From IMG/VR virus record IMGVR_UViG_3300013108_000188: 64,000 bases of DNA. One strand, 5' to 3'. Each line of letters opens with the position of its first letter. The first letter of the stretch is position 1. The notes under the pieces were generated by a model. That model made no database searches, had not been told where the DNA came from, and saw only the letters and a list, made by a program, of their open reading frames with translations. Below, piece by piece: positions 1 to 10,461 of this stretch. The stretch is from a virus. Made by a program: the position numbers and the translations under genes.

Positions 1-1106
1 CCTAGATTGAATCCTTGACTTGCTTCTAATCTACTAATAGGTACATTAAGCGAACGGTATAGTTTTCTTTGGAAGTATTCTATATCCGCAACTTCGCCTA
101 AATTTTGACCACCAGGTAAAGTGGAAATATCAGTTCCTCTTCCACCTTCTCTACTTGGTAACCAAAAGTCTTCAAGCATAGACATATAGTTTCTGTCGTC
201 TCTAATTTCTCCAGTACTTGCGTCATAGACAAGTTTGTTTCTGTATCTTGCCATTACATCACGCAAATATTGTTCTGCTTTTACTTTAGGTAAATTACCT
301 ACATCAATTTTAAAAATTCTTCTTTCAGGTGCTCTTGCAATTCTGTATATAACAACAGCGTCTTCAATCATTCTTAATTGATTGACAGGTTTAATTGCTT
401 TGTGCATATAAGACATAACCATATTCTTATTCAAATCAACTAAACCACTTGGACAAAAAGTAATAGCGTCTGTAGCAATTTTTAATCCACCACTTGCCAT
501 TCCTGGTCCTGCAACACCTTTTTCATTATATAAAAAGTATTCGTTATAATCGTGTATGACCTGAATATTTGCTAATGGTACAGGTCTACCTTTTTTAATT
601 TCTCTTATCTTCTTAATTTTTCTCGGGTCAATATATCTTAATTCTGTAATACCCTTAATTGGAGATTCTCTATCAATTATTTTATGATAGTAAATTCTTC
701 CATCTACATACCATCTACGAAATATATCGTGTCCTTTCGTAGAAAAGTTTAGAAGTCTTAAAACTTCTTTAAATTCATCTTCAACTTTTCTTTTAATGTT
801 ATCAGAAAAGTTTGTATCTTTTAAATCTACTCTAACTGGATCTTTCTCAATCTCGTTTGCAACAATAGCTTCGTTGACTATATCTTCAACTGCCATATCG
901 CATTCTGGATGTATTGAAATTTCCCTATACCTACGAATTAAGTCTTGCTCAGTTTTTGCAGTACCTTCCATATCAAGGTACTGACCAAAATAACCTCCAG
1001 CGGCGACGGTTTGTGTACCGTCATCCGCTTTAGGTTGTGTAAAACTTTGTTTCGGGTCTGGAGTTTGCTTAACTCTAGTTATTTGGAAACCGAAAAGTTC
1101 TGCCAT
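1..1106 (-). CDS. g20: T4-like portal vertex protein (gp20), 5' part; runs off the window edge
   Basis: Not in the ORF track. Manual translation from the ATG at 1106 gives MAELFGFQITRVKQ...YFGQYLDMEGTAKTEQDLIRRYREISIHPECDMAVEDIVNEAIV...RRWYVDGRIYYHKIID...KPVNQLRMIEDAVVIYRIARAPERRIFKIDVGNLPKVKAEQYLRDVMARYRNKLVYD, typical gp20 motifs. It follows g19. Confidence 0.95.
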   Translation of the reverse strand, partial: MAELFGFQITRVKQTPDPKQSFTQPKADDGTQTVAAGGYFGQYLDMEGTAKTEQDLIRRYREISIHPECDMAVEDIVNEAIVANEIEKDPVRVDLKDTNFSDNIKRKVEDEFKEVLRLLNFSTKGHDIFRRWYVDGRIYYHKIIDRESPIKGITELRYIDPRKIKKIREIKKGRPVPLANIQVIHDYNEYFLYNEKGVAGPGMASGGLKIATDAITFCPSGLVDLNKNMVMSYMHKAIKPVNQLRMIEDAVVIYRIARAPERRIFKIDVGNLPKVKAEQYLRDVMARYRNKLVYDASTGEIRDDRNYMSMLEDFWLPSREGGRGTDISTLPGGQNLGEVADIEYFQRKLYRSLNVPISRLEASQGFNL

Positions 1107-1148
1107 TTTATATCCTCACTTTATTTGTACTAATTATTTATTCAACTA

Positions 1149-1676
1149 TTAAGTAGTCGTTCTCGCTTCAAAATTTAGGTATCTAAACGAAACATCAAAA
1201 GTCTCAACAGCATCCGTTGGTGCCATATCTAACTCAATACTACTTACGGATATTGGAAAACATCCTCTCATAGTATAAGATTTAATAGTAGCGCCATTTC
1301 TGTCAAGGTGGTCAATAAATGCGTCAACTTGATAATCAACAGGATTTGTTAATCCTTCGTTATCTGACATATTATTAATACCATTTTGCCATCTTTCAAA
1401 TGCGTCTCTTAATCTAAAGTTTGTATCGTTAAGTACCGTAATATCCCAAGCTTCAAATGTTCTATCACCTGCTAAGTATATTGGTCTACCACGGAAATTA
1501 ACCGTTGTAAGTCCAAGTGTCATAGCTGGAATAGTAGTAGTTTGTACTAGGAACGCCAGTTCTTCTGTTTCTCCACCAACTTGTGCGTAACCAGGAAAAG
1601 GCATAGTTACCTTAAACTGGTTCTTACGAGCTCCGCCGCCTGCAAGTTTGGTTTTGAAGTCATTTATGTTTGCCAT
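1149..1676 (-). CDS. g19: Tail tube protein (gp19)
   Basis: GGGARKNQFKV, FRGRPIYLAGDRTFEAWDITVLNDTNF motifs; lies between sheath and portal. Confidence 0.95.
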   Translation of the reverse strand: MANINDFKTKLAGGGARKNQFKVTMPFPGYAQVGGETEELAFLVQTTTIPAMTLGLTTVNFRGRPIYLAGDRTFEAWDITVLNDTNFRLRDAFERWQNGINNMSDNEGLTNPVDYQVDAFIDHLDRNGATIKSYTMRGCFPISVSSIELDMAPTDAVETFDVSFRYLNFEARTTT

Positions 1677-1699
1677 TTTTTATTTCTCCTCTTTACCTA

Positions 1700-3640
1700 T
1701 TAACCTGCGACTTCTTCAAAAGCCACGCCAGTTCTCGTTGCAACGAAAGATAATGTGATAAAGTTAATGCTTCTTGCTGGTTTAATATAAATCTCAGCAA
1801 TGAATTCATTTCTATCAATTACTTCGCCTGTGTTGTTAGTTTCATCACACACTACTAAAAAGTCTGTGATACCTCGTCTACCTTGTACTTCTCTTAAAAA
1901 AGGTTCTACCATATTTCTAAAACCAGCTCTAGTGAACTCATCGTTGAATTCAAATAGTTGGAATTTAGAAGCAGTAGCGATTGCCTTCTCTAATACGATA
2001 AACAATTTTCTGACATTGATTCTGTCAAACGCAGATGGAGTAGTTAATCCAGTTTTATCTCCAAACAAGATAATACCTTGTCCAGGGAATGAAACAACAG
2101 GATTGATTCTAGCTCTATATAACTCGTCTCTTTGAGTTTTATTAGGACTATATGCCAATTTAACAGCACCTCTAATAATACCTCTATTTAATCCAGCAGG
2201 ACTAAACCAAGGATCGTTAGTTAGGTCTGTTCTAGCACATAAGCCAGCCATATCTCCGTTTAGTGGAACATATCTATAGACATCGTTATATCTGTCGTAT
2301 GTATATTTGTAACCACTATCAAAAACTATGTAAGATGATGAACGAATTGTATTAAAAAATGCTAATACATTTTTCGTTTGTGTTATCGCAGAAGTGATGT
2401 TTACTACATCGGACCTTTCAGGACTAGCGAACACTACACAATCTTTTCTTTGTTCAGCGATTGTAATTAAATCACCGATTAAAGCAGCGGAAGCGTTTCC
2501 AGCCATTATTAATCCAACATCAACCGTTTCTGAATCAGCAAATTTTTCAAACGCAGTCTTTCTTGCTCCATCAGTAACCGTACCATCTACACCACCAGCG
2601 AAGGTTAGTGCGATAGGAGCGGTAACATCTGTATAAGCAGAAGTAGCTGCTGTTTTAGAATCTCCCCAATTAGTTCCGTTTGAGTTGTGGTCTCCCCAAT
2701 AGATGAAAGATGATTTTCTGTAAATAACTTCTGCATAGAAATTATTTGAACCACCTGCATCCTTGGCGTCTTTTGCCTTTGATACTTTTTCGTATATCTC
2801 TAATACTTCGTCTTTAGTACCGTTTACTGAACCGTCTGCATCCACAACAACCAAGTGTAGCTCGTCATTACTTCTTCCTGCTTTTTCAACATCTGGAGAT
2901 GTTCCAGGTGCTCCATTTACTTGGTCATAATATTGCCATCTTCGTCTTACATTAGCACCGTTTGGACAGATTGCTCCAAGTCCACCAGTACCTACTTTTT
3001 TCTTAAATGTAATATCGTTAGATGAAACATTAGTAACCTCGTATTCTAGGCCGTCATCATAGTCGTTAGTTCCTGCCGTAGATGAGAAAGATATAATGTC
3101 ACCAACACCAATGTTGGTTCCACTTGCTACCGTGATTTGTGTATCGCCTACTGCTACAGCTGAATCAGAAACCGTGGTTACGCCTTCTGTTTCATAAGCA
3201 GTCGCTGAAGGACAAACAGATACTTTTAATCCATTACCCCAAGCTCCCGCTGTTCTAGCAGCAAACTCAATGCCAGAGATTCCTGTGTAAGCACCATCCG
3301 CTAAGTATGTAGAACTATAATGATCCGTGTGTCGGATCAATAGTGCTGTACCTGAATTGGTTACAGCGTTTTTTATACCAGTATTTTCTGTTCGTACAAC
3401 TTTTAGGGCATTGGAATACTGAAGGAAAGATGAAGCAGTAAAATACTCTTCAAAGTTGCTTGCAGTTGGTTTTCCAAAAACACTAACAAAATCTTGTTCA
3501 GAAGAGATAAGTGTTACCTCTCCTACTGGACCTCTTGTAGAATTGAAAGCATATGCTCCAATACTAGTAGATACAGCTGGGATTATATTAGTTAAATCCT
3601 TTTCTTGTACGAGAACTCCTGGTGATACTTGAAATGCCAT
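1700..3640 (-). CDS. g18: Tail sheath protein (gp18)
   Basis: N-terminal SPGVLVQEKDLT; C-terminal PWFSPAGLNRG, FDRINVRKLF, FEFNDEFTR, IKPARSINFITLSF. Confidence 0.97.
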   Translation of the reverse strand: MAFQVSPGVLVQEKDLTNIIPAVSTSIGAYAFNSTRGPVGEVTLISSEQDFVSVFGKPTASNFEEYFTASSFLQYSNALKVVRTENTGIKNAVTNSGTALLIRHTDHYSSTYLADGAYTGISGIEFAARTAGAWGNGLKVSVCPSATAYETEGVTTVSDSAVAVGDTQITVASGTNIGVGDIISFSSTAGTNDYDDGLEYEVTNVSSNDITFKKKVGTGGLGAICPNGANVRRRWQYYDQVNGAPGTSPDVEKAGRSNDELHLVVVDADGSVNGTKDEVLEIYEKVSKAKDAKDAGGSNNFYAEVIYRKSSFIYWGDHNSNGTNWGDSKTAATSAYTDVTAPIALTFAGGVDGTVTDGARKTAFEKFADSETVDVGLIMAGNASAALIGDLITIAEQRKDCVVFASPERSDVVNITSAITQTKNVLAFFNTIRSSSYIVFDSGYKYTYDRYNDVYRYVPLNGDMAGLCARTDLTNDPWFSPAGLNRGIIRGAVKLAYSPNKTQRDELYRARINPVVSFPGQGIILFGDKTGLTTPSAFDRINVRKLFIVLEKAIATASKFQLFEFNDEFTRAGFRNMVEPFLREVQGRRGITDFLVVCDETNNTGEVIDRNEFIAEIYIKPARSINFITLSFVATRTGVAFEEVAG

Positions 3641-3779
3641 TAGGTTTTCTCCTCTTTATTATTTGTTTTTGTATTTAAATTTAAATACATAATTTACCTT
3701 ATTGTTCAAAAGTCGTATTATTCATACGCCCATATTCAAATTTCTCAATTGCTTATATTTATGATTAACCAAATCTATA

Positions 3780-5417
3780 CTATTGTCCTTTGCGTACTAC
3801 AGGATGCCAGACCGTTCCATATTCATCTACGGTCGGTTTGTCTTCCTCTTTGGTTATACCATCATCTACAAAGCCAAAAGGTGCCATATCTTGCTCTATT
3901 AACTTCTCTTGCTCTTTGTACATTTCTGCTCGTATGTTTCTGTCTGTCATTTCCTTAAAAAACCTTTGATTTGCAACCCAACCAAGTATAACCAGACAGG
4001 TCATATAGTCGTCATTGCAACCTTCTTCTGCCTGCCAAGATTGATTTTTTCGGGTATAAGTAGACATTTCTTCTATGATATTGAAGTCATTTATAATCAG
4101 TTTATCACTTTCTATAATTGATTTTATATTAGCAGTACCCATTTTCTTTACCTGTTTTGTCATCCGAACACCTAATTGGCTTCCTCTTTGACTGAACATA
4201 GCACCTAGGATTTGACCTGCTCTACCTTTTTGTGTAGTCATTAATACATTTGGATACTCAATTTCAAAATGTAGTCCATCTGAAATCTGAGCGCCTATAT
4301 CATTTACTTCAACAAGTATATGTGCATTGTCATATTGCTTACATACTTTAGCAATCATTTCTGGAAATAACATAGGTTTAATTTCATTGTCTCTAAATGT
4401 AGCAACCACTCTATAAGGTAAGTTGGTTACATCATAAACAATAAATGCTGAATAATCTTTTAGTGTACCTCTGGCAACATCAACCGTACATAGGTATGTG
4501 TTGCCTTTTACAGGTTCTTCAAAGATACTTAATCTACCATTTGTTTTAAGTGGTGTAATATACGGTGTCGCTTTTATTTTTGAGGCAGCTATTAATGTAT
4601 CTATACTACCTAAAAATTCACACTCAAACTCACTAGCAAATTGTGCTTCCGATGTATTTCTAATTGTTTCTTCTTTCCATTTTGCGTCTCTACCTGGTAC
4701 TTCTGACCAATGTACTTCTAATGGAATATAATTATTTTTTCCGTTCTCACTATCTATCCATAGTTTATAAAACTGATTCATTCCGTGTGGAGTTGATACT
4801 ATAATTACTTTAGTTGATTTACCAGAAGTAATTGTAGGATAAACGGAACTAAAAAATTGTTCGGCAATCGTTGTAGGTACGAAAGCAAACTCGTCAAGGA
4901 ATATTATATTATATGAACCACCTCGGACAGCACTTGAAGATGTAGCGGCCGCAACTATTTTACTTCCATTTTCTAATTCAATATTACCTTTGTTCCAATT
5001 TAATACACCTTGTTGTAACCATTTAGGTAAGTTTTCATAAGCTAGTTGTAATCTTCCCAATATATCTCTAGCAGTAGAAGATTTATTGGCAAGAATCGCT
5101 ATACTTGAATTGGGATTAAATAACGCATAATGTAATAAGTAAGATATGATAGTTGTAGATTTACCACTTTGTCTAGGTAGTTTATAGATTGAAAACCTAT
5201 TGTTGTGCATAGTATCAATCATCTTATCTTGGAATTTATAAGTTGTAAAAGGAACCAAACCTTCATCAAGCGATACAATCTTTACATAGTTTTTAATAAA
5301 GTATAATGGGTCTCCACTACACTTCGCAAACTCCTCAACCTGTTCTTTTGTGAACTCGGATTGAACACCTGATTTTTTTAGATTAGGATTACCTAAATAT
5401 GCGTCATTAGTTATCAT
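3780..5417 (-). CDS. g17: Terminase large subunit (gp17)
   Basis: YLGNPNLKK start, Walker A PRQSGKST, Walker B IIFLDEFAF, STPHG, nuclease motifs DVARG and DDYM. Confidence 0.97.
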   Translation of the reverse strand: MITNDAYLGNPNLKKSGVQSEFTKEQVEEFAKCSGDPLYFIKNYVKIVSLDEGLVPFTTYKFQDKMIDTMHNNRFSIYKLPRQSGKSTTIISYLLHYALFNPNSSIAILANKSSTARDILGRLQLAYENLPKWLQQGVLNWNKGNIELENGSKIVAAATSSSAVRGGSYNIIFLDEFAFVPTTIAEQFFSSVYPTITSGKSTKVIIVSTPHGMNQFYKLWIDSENGKNNYIPLEVHWSEVPGRDAKWKEETIRNTSEAQFASEFECEFLGSIDTLIAASKIKATPYITPLKTNGRLSIFEEPVKGNTYLCTVDVARGTLKDYSAFIVYDVTNLPYRVVATFRDNEIKPMLFPEMIAKVCKQYDNAHILVEVNDIGAQISDGLHFEIEYPNVLMTTQKGRAGQILGAMFSQRGSQLGVRMTKQVKKMGTANIKSIIESDKLIINDFNIIEEMSTYTRKNQSWQAEEGCNDDYMTCLVILGWVANQRFFKEMTDRNIRAEMYKEQEKLIEQDMAPFGFVDDGITKEEDKPTVDEYGTVWHPVVRKGQ

Positions 5418-5892
5418 CTTTTGTCTCTATTGGTTCTAATTCATCTTGCATTTTTTCTGAAGTTGTTTTAAGTTTTTTATCTTTTAACATCTTTTGCAAG
5501 TCTGTAGTACTCCCAACAAATAAAGCATTTTTGATATTGGCAGTTGTCTTATTAGGCACCTCTTTTAATTTTGATAATTTAGCTTGTAAGTCTTGTAATT
5601 TATCAACGGTGTCTGCTACATTTTTAATTAATGCACCTGCAACTTCATATGCTCTTGGATGTTGTCCTTCTTTTGCAACATCTAATATACCTTGTATTGC
5701 GTCTTGTCCTCTCTCAATAAGATTATAATAATTCTCTCTACTATATTTGTAATCATTATCTATATCGTCCTTTTTAGGATCCTCTTTTCTAGGTACAGGA
5801 ACTTTTTTCTCTTGCACCATTAATTCAGCGACAGGAGTACTTTCTTCCTTAATACCTAAAATATCATTTACTTTGTCTTCTAGTTTTCCCAT
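5407..5892 (-). CDS. g16: Terminase small subunit (gp16)
   Basis: DYKYSRENYYNLIERGQDAI, HPRAYEVAGALIK, NALFVGSTTDLQKML; directly upstream of g17. Confidence 0.92.
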   Translation of the reverse strand: MGKLEDKVNDILGIKEESTPVAELMVQEKKVPVPRKEDPKKDDIDNDYKYSRENYYNLIERGQDAIQGILDVAKEGQHPRAYEVAGALIKNVADTVDKLQDLQAKLSKLKEVPNKTTANIKNALFVGSTTDLQKMLKDKKLKTTSEKMQDELEPIETKDDN

Positions 5893-6572
5893 TAGTCTTT
5901 ACCTTCTATACTTGTTCCTTTAAAAGGATCATTTCTTGTATCTCTATTATTTTCATTAAACTCTTCTTTTTCTAATAAAGAAAAATTACAATTTAAAACA
6001 ATTCTCATTTCATTTTTCATTGGATTAGCACTTGCGTGGAATCTATTTCCTTTAAACATAATACACCTATTTCTTTTTGGTGATATTCTCTTATGTATAG
6101 TTAGTTTTTTTGGTTTCTTTAGCTTATCAAATTTCTCATTAAACAAATAAGTATCGCCATCAGAATCTATTGGATAATAAATTAAAACAAAATGTTGTGC
6201 CATTTCTTCATCATCAATATGTGCTGTGTTATACATACCTTTTTTGAAATCTGGATGTGGTTGTATCATATTAAATTTTAATCTCATTATATCTTTCACT
6301 TTATAACCAAAACCTTCAACCATCATATTCAAAGCATATTTAATTGGTTCTAATCCTGGATTAACTTGTGGTCTTTGGTCTAGGTGTGAATAGATACGGT
6401 GTACCATTTGAACGGTATTAAATGTATTGTCATCTTTAACAATACCTGGATTGTTCATTTGATTTGCTAATATATCTTTAGATATTATATAACCTAATCT
6501 GTATATATTGTGTTGGAAACTATTTGCTACATTCTCTGGTAGAGCATTGTCTCTTACTAATATTTCGTCCAT
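5892..6572 (-). CDS. 2OG-Fe(II) oxygenase superfamily protein
   Basis: HxD (AHIDD), LIYYPIDSDGDT, distal His (RFHAS) and RIVLN 2OG-binding Arg. Confidence 0.8.
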   Translation of the reverse strand: MDEILVRDNALPENVANSFQHNIYRLGYIISKDILANQMNNPGIVKDDNTFNTVQMVHRIYSHLDQRPQVNPGLEPIKYALNMMVEGFGYKVKDIMRLKFNMIQPHPDFKKGMYNTAHIDDEEMAQHFVLIYYPIDSDGDTYLFNEKFDKLKKPKKLTIHKRISPKRNRCIMFKGNRFHASANPMKNEMRIVLNCNFSLLEKEEFNENNRDTRNDPFKGTSIEGKD

Positions 6573-6587
6573 TATATCCTCTCATTA

Positions 6588-7400
6588 TTATGTATCACTT
6601 CCTGTTGAAGGGTCATATTTTTTACCATCTTCAAAAAACGATATAGTTGTTGTAAATCCAAAATCATCTCCTGGTTTGGCAGTAGAAGGATTAGGAATAA
6701 CTATTACTCTTTCTTCTCTTGCCTTATTAGTCATATCAGTTCCTAAATCTGATTGTACTTTTCTTATGATACCTCCATCAGTTGCAGGTCCATATAGATA
6801 TGTTTTAGCAGTAAAACTCATTGTGTATATTACTGCTCTTCTGGTTTCAAAAGATCCATCATAACTATCTTCGTATTGTATGTCTCCAATTATAATAGGA
6901 ACATCACGCTTAATTCCTAAATCTGGAACCATATTAATTGAAACCGTATAATCTGGTTGAAAGTATGGTACTATTTGTTCAACAATCTGTAATCCATTTT
7001 CAGCAGTTGCTGTAAATATAAACAATTTATATGTTATATTATATGGGACTGGAGTATAGTTAAAGTCCATCTTCTTTTCTTTATCAGTAGCAGTACCAGT
7101 TGTTTTTGGTTTTCTAAACTTTTGTAGTTTATTTAATTTTCTACTAGGGTCATATTCTATACCAGATATTTCAAATCCCATACGAGGTAGTACCGTTGCG
7201 AATTGTTTATCTAATAAATCAGGTTGTTGAGTTAATCTAACAATAAATTTTTCTTTTGGTGCATATGCTAATGGCACCGTAAATCTTTTAACTACTGAAC
7301 CATTTGCGTCTTTTGTTTGTACAACAATTTTATTAAAAATCTGACCAAACGCAATAGTTAATCTTCTTAATCCTTCGTTATAAAAATGAGTTCCAAACAT
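6588..7400 (-). CDS. g15: Tail sheath stabilizer/terminator (gp15)
   Basis: VPLAYAPKEKF, LPRMGFE, QIVEQIVPYFQP, FTAKTYLYGP. Confidence 0.93.
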   Translation of the reverse strand: MFGTHFYNEGLRRLTIAFGQIFNKIVVQTKDANGSVVKRFTVPLAYAPKEKFIVRLTQQPDLLDKQFATVLPRMGFEISGIEYDPSRKLNKLQKFRKPKTTGTATDKEKKMDFNYTPVPYNITYKLFIFTATAENGLQIVEQIVPYFQPDYTVSINMVPDLGIKRDVPIIIGDIQYEDSYDGSFETRRAVIYTMSFTAKTYLYGPATDGGIIRKVQSDLGTDMTNKAREERVIVIPNPSTAKPGDDFGFTTTISFFEDGKKYDPSTGSDT

Positions 7401-8239
7401 TATTTAACCTCTCCAAATGGGTTCTTTTCAGTAAAGTCTAATATATCGTCATTAACCGTTGCAGTATCAAAACCAGCAGCCGAATCTAAATCTAAATTAT
7501 CAGCATAAGCAGATTTTGTTTGTACACTTTCAGCAGCGTCTCCATCAGTTGTAATGTCGTCCCATTCTTCATTAATTAAGTATAGTGGATTACCGTGTGA
7601 GTCTCCTGTTTCTAATAATAAGAAACCATCATAAGAAGATTGATTTAGTGTACCATCTTCAAGTCTAAACTGGTGTGCCAAAGATGTATCAAGTGATTTT
7701 CTATCATCAGCTTGGTCAATATCAGCGTGACCTGTATTAAATTCTTCACTTGAATATTCAAAAGTTTTACATACTAATTTATAGCAAGGCAAGTTACCTA
7801 ATTGAAAGAAAGGTTCCTGGTCTTCTACAAACGCAATCTCAAAAAACTTATTCATTAGTGGATAGTAAATAACATCACCTTCATTAGGTCTGCCATCTAC
7901 CATTAGGTTTGCTGGGTCATCTACTTGTTCTTGGAATCTTCTTTTAGCAACAACAAAAGTTGTATCGTCTCTAACTTCTAATCCAAATTTACTAATTATT
8001 TCTTGCTCACCAGCAAACCCTTGTGGTGTGTTAAAATACATTTCAATTAAATAACTATCGTCAAACCTAGACGCAGAATCCTCACCAAGAATTAAATCTC
8101 TATTAACTAGAGTTCTCGGTAAATAATAAACAGCGTGTCCATAGATTTTTAAATTTTCTACGATTAAATCTTCTATTAATCTTTTCTCACTTTGACTACC
8201 TATGCCATCGCCGCCTTGAAAATAATGATTAACGGCCAT
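7400..8239 (-). CDS. g14: Neck protein (gp14)
   Basis: LKIYGHAVYYLPR, SKFGLEVRD, RPNEGDVIYYP, PFFQLG, C-terminal DFTEKNPFGE. Confidence 0.93.
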   Translation of the reverse strand: MAVNHYFQGGDGIGSQSEKRLIEDLIVENLKIYGHAVYYLPRTLVNRDLILGEDSASRFDDSYLIEMYFNTPQGFAGEQEIISKFGLEVRDDTTFVVAKRRFQEQVDDPANLMVDGRPNEGDVIYYPLMNKFFEIAFVEDQEPFFQLGNLPCYKLVCKTFEYSSEEFNTGHADIDQADDRKSLDTSLAHQFRLEDGTLNQSSYDGFLLLETGDSHGNPLYLINEEWDDITTDGDAAESVQTKSAYADNLDLDSAAGFDTATVNDDILDFTEKNPFGEVK

Positions 8240-8246
8240 TGTATTT

Positions 8247-9050
8247 TTATCCTATCATTAATGCTTGGTGTTCTTGTAGAGATTTTATTTCTTCCTCTAA
8301 CTTCTCTATATCTGCTAATGCCTGTGTATAGATTTGTTCACCATTTAAGGTTACTCCACCTATCATAGCAACACCAGCAAATTTTGATAGATTGGCACCC
8401 CATTGTTTTTTAACTAGTGCAGTTGTGTATTTCTTTAACCAAATATCATTATAGACATCTGTATAAGTGTCTGGATCCATTTTTCTATAGCATTCAATAA
8501 CAATATATTCATCTACCATTAAATCGTTTTCCCAATCCATATCTACATATAATCTATTATCGTGTTGGTTAAATCTTAAAGGTTTTTCACCAACTAATAT
8601 ATGGTCTAGGAAATCTAGTTGTCTCATAACTACATCATAGTTAATTACAGAAGTTGATGAGAAATCATATAGGTCATTTAATCTTAATTGGTATCTTACA
8701 TCAAATAAATTTAAATTACCTTTGTTTGAAAAAGGAAATATATTTGTAACCGAAAATACGGTTTCTGGAACAACAATATAATTGTTATCTTCTTTCCAAG
8801 TAGAGGTTACAGAATTTTTTGTAGCACCTTCAGTATTACTAGTTAACATTCTAGTTTTTTCTGCTTGTGTATATTGCCATTTTAAGTATGTTCTTTTGAT
8901 ACCATCATAGTGATATTGTTGCCAATATTGTAATGCTTCATCTACTCTATCATCTATTTGGTCATCATCAACATTTATTTCTATGACAGGATGCCCCAAT
9001 GCCCTTTTAGCATAAGAGATTAATGTCTGTCTTGTATTAGGTTGAGCCAT
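8247..9050 (-). CDS. g13: Neck protein (gp13)
   Basis: LGHPVIEINVDDDQIDDRVDEALQ, KKQWGANLSKF, GGVTLNG. Confidence 0.93.
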   Translation of the reverse strand: MAQPNTRQTLISYAKRALGHPVIEINVDDDQIDDRVDEALQYWQQYHYDGIKRTYLKWQYTQAEKTRMLTSNTEGATKNSVTSTWKEDNNYIVVPETVFSVTNIFPFSNKGNLNLFDVRYQLRLNDLYDFSSTSVINYDVVMRQLDFLDHILVGEKPLRFNQHDNRLYVDMDWENDLMVDEYIVIECYRKMDPDTYTDVYNDIWLKKYTTALVKKQWGANLSKFAGVAMIGGVTLNGEQIYTQALADIEKLEEEIKSLQEHQALMIG

Positions 9051-9076
9051 AGTTATTTCCTTCTAATTCTTTGCTA

Positions 9077-9084
9077 TATTTATA
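9077..9084 (-). promoter_or_regulatory. T4-type late promoter TATAAATA upstream of g13
   Basis: TATTTATA on the + strand, in the gap just upstream of the g13 ATG. Confidence 0.7.
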
Positions 9085-9086
9085 AT

Positions 9087-9266
9087 TTATAGATAATCGT
9101 TTCGGTTACTCCAGTCCGCTTTATCATCTTTTTTATCATAGTACCAAGAAAATAACGATATAATTAGTGCAAATAATATAATTCCTTGTATAAAAGGTTC
9201 GTGTTTTAGGCAATATATTAGGACATCTAATCCATTTCCACCGTCAGCTATAATTTTATCTATCAT
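9087..9266 (-). CDS. Small putative membrane protein (59 aa)
   Basis: Manual translation [59 protein letters not shown]; overlaps the end of hemA, fills the gap, one hydrophobic segment. Confidence 0.6.
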   Translation of the reverse strand: MIDKIIADGGNGLDVLIYCLKHEPFIQGIILFALIISLFSWYYDKKDDKADWSNRNDYL

Positions 9267-10461
9267 ATTTTAAACCTTTGCCACATCTTTTGATTGCAGA
9301 TTTAACTTTAACTACCATATCAAATATTAATTTGTCTGTATGAAATGGTGTAGGAGTAAATCTTAATCTTTCAGTACCTACAGCAACCGTTGGCCAATTA
9401 ATAGGTTGTACATAGATACCTTCTTTGTAAAGTAATTCATCTGATATTGCTTTACATCTTTTTGCTTCTCCAATAATAACAGGAACAATATGACTATCAT
9501 TTTTCATAACTTCTATTCCTTGTCTAGTAAGTTCTTCTTTTGTTTTATTTGCTCTTTCGTGTATCTTCTCTCTTAATTCAGGATGGTCTCTAACATACTT
9601 AACACTTGTTAAAGCACCAGCACAAATAACTGGACTTACAGAAGTTGTAAAAATAAAAGCACTCGCCATACTTCTTATTGCGTCAATAAAATCTCTCTTT
9701 CCTGCGATGTATCCACCTTGTACACCGAACGCCTTGGCTAGTGTTCCATTTATTATATCAACTTCAACATTATCTCTTTCGCATATTCCAGCACCTTCTT
9801 CTCCATAAAGACCAACAGCGTGTACTTCATCAATATAAGAAATTGCATTATACTTATTACATAAGTCAACTATTTCTTTTACAGGAGCAATATCTCCGTC
9901 CATAGAATATACACTTTCAAATACTACACATTTTGGACCTGGATTAGATTGTAATATGCCTTCTAAATCTTTTACATCATTATGTTTAAATATTTCTTTT
10001 CTACATCTACTATGCCTTAAACCTTGTATAATGGAAGAGTGATTTTGTGCGTCTGATATAAACAACATATCAGGTATAATCTTACCCATTGTTTCTAAAG
10101 TTGTTTGATTGGCATTATAAGCAGAAGTAAATAATAATGCTTTTTCTTTCTTATGGAGAGACGCTAGTTCTCGTTCCAGAGCATTATGATAGTGAGTAGT
10201 GCCTGATATGTTTCTTGTCCCTCCAGCACCCGCTCCGCTCGTTTCTAGTGCTGTTTTCATAGAGTCTATAACATAGTTATGTTGTCCCATACCAAGATAG
10301 TCGTTGGAACACCAATTAACTATATTTTTAATTGAGTATTTTGAATACCAGATTGCGTGTGGATACTTTCCTTTTATTCTTATAATATCGTTAAAAGTTC
10401 TATATCTTCCATCTGATTTATAATCTTCTATGACCTGTGTAAATTTTTCTAATTCTTTCAT
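9256..10461 (-). CDS. hemA: 5-aminolevulinate synthase (PLP-dependent, Shemin pathway)
   Basis: [52 protein letters not shown] lysine in [29 protein letters not shown]. Confidence 0.95.
   Translation of the reverse strand: MKELEKFTQVIEDYKSDGRYRTFNDIIRIKGKYPHAIWYSKYSIKNIVNWCSNDYLGMGQHNYVIDSMKTALETSGAGAGGTRNISGTTHYHNALERELASLHKKEKALLFTSAYNANQTTLETMGKIIPDMLFISDAQNHSSIIQGLRHSRCRKEIFKHNDVKDLEGILQSNPGPKCVVFESVYSMDGDIAPVKEIVDLCNKYNAISYIDEVHAVGLYGEEGAGICERDNVEVDIINGTLAKAFGVQGGYIAGKRDFIDAIRSMASAFIFTTSVSPVICAGALTSVKYVRDHPELREKIHERANKTKEELTRQGIEVMKNDSHIVPVIIGEAKRCKAISDELLYKEGIYVQPINWPTVAVGTERLRFTPTPFHTDKLIFDMVVKVKSAIKRCGKGLKYDR

Noticed and set aside
9256-10461. BioF/Kbl/serine palmitoyltransferase identity for the PLP enzyme
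   Set aside because: ALAS-specific motifs ([23 protein letters not shown]) and the heme-gene context favour HemA.
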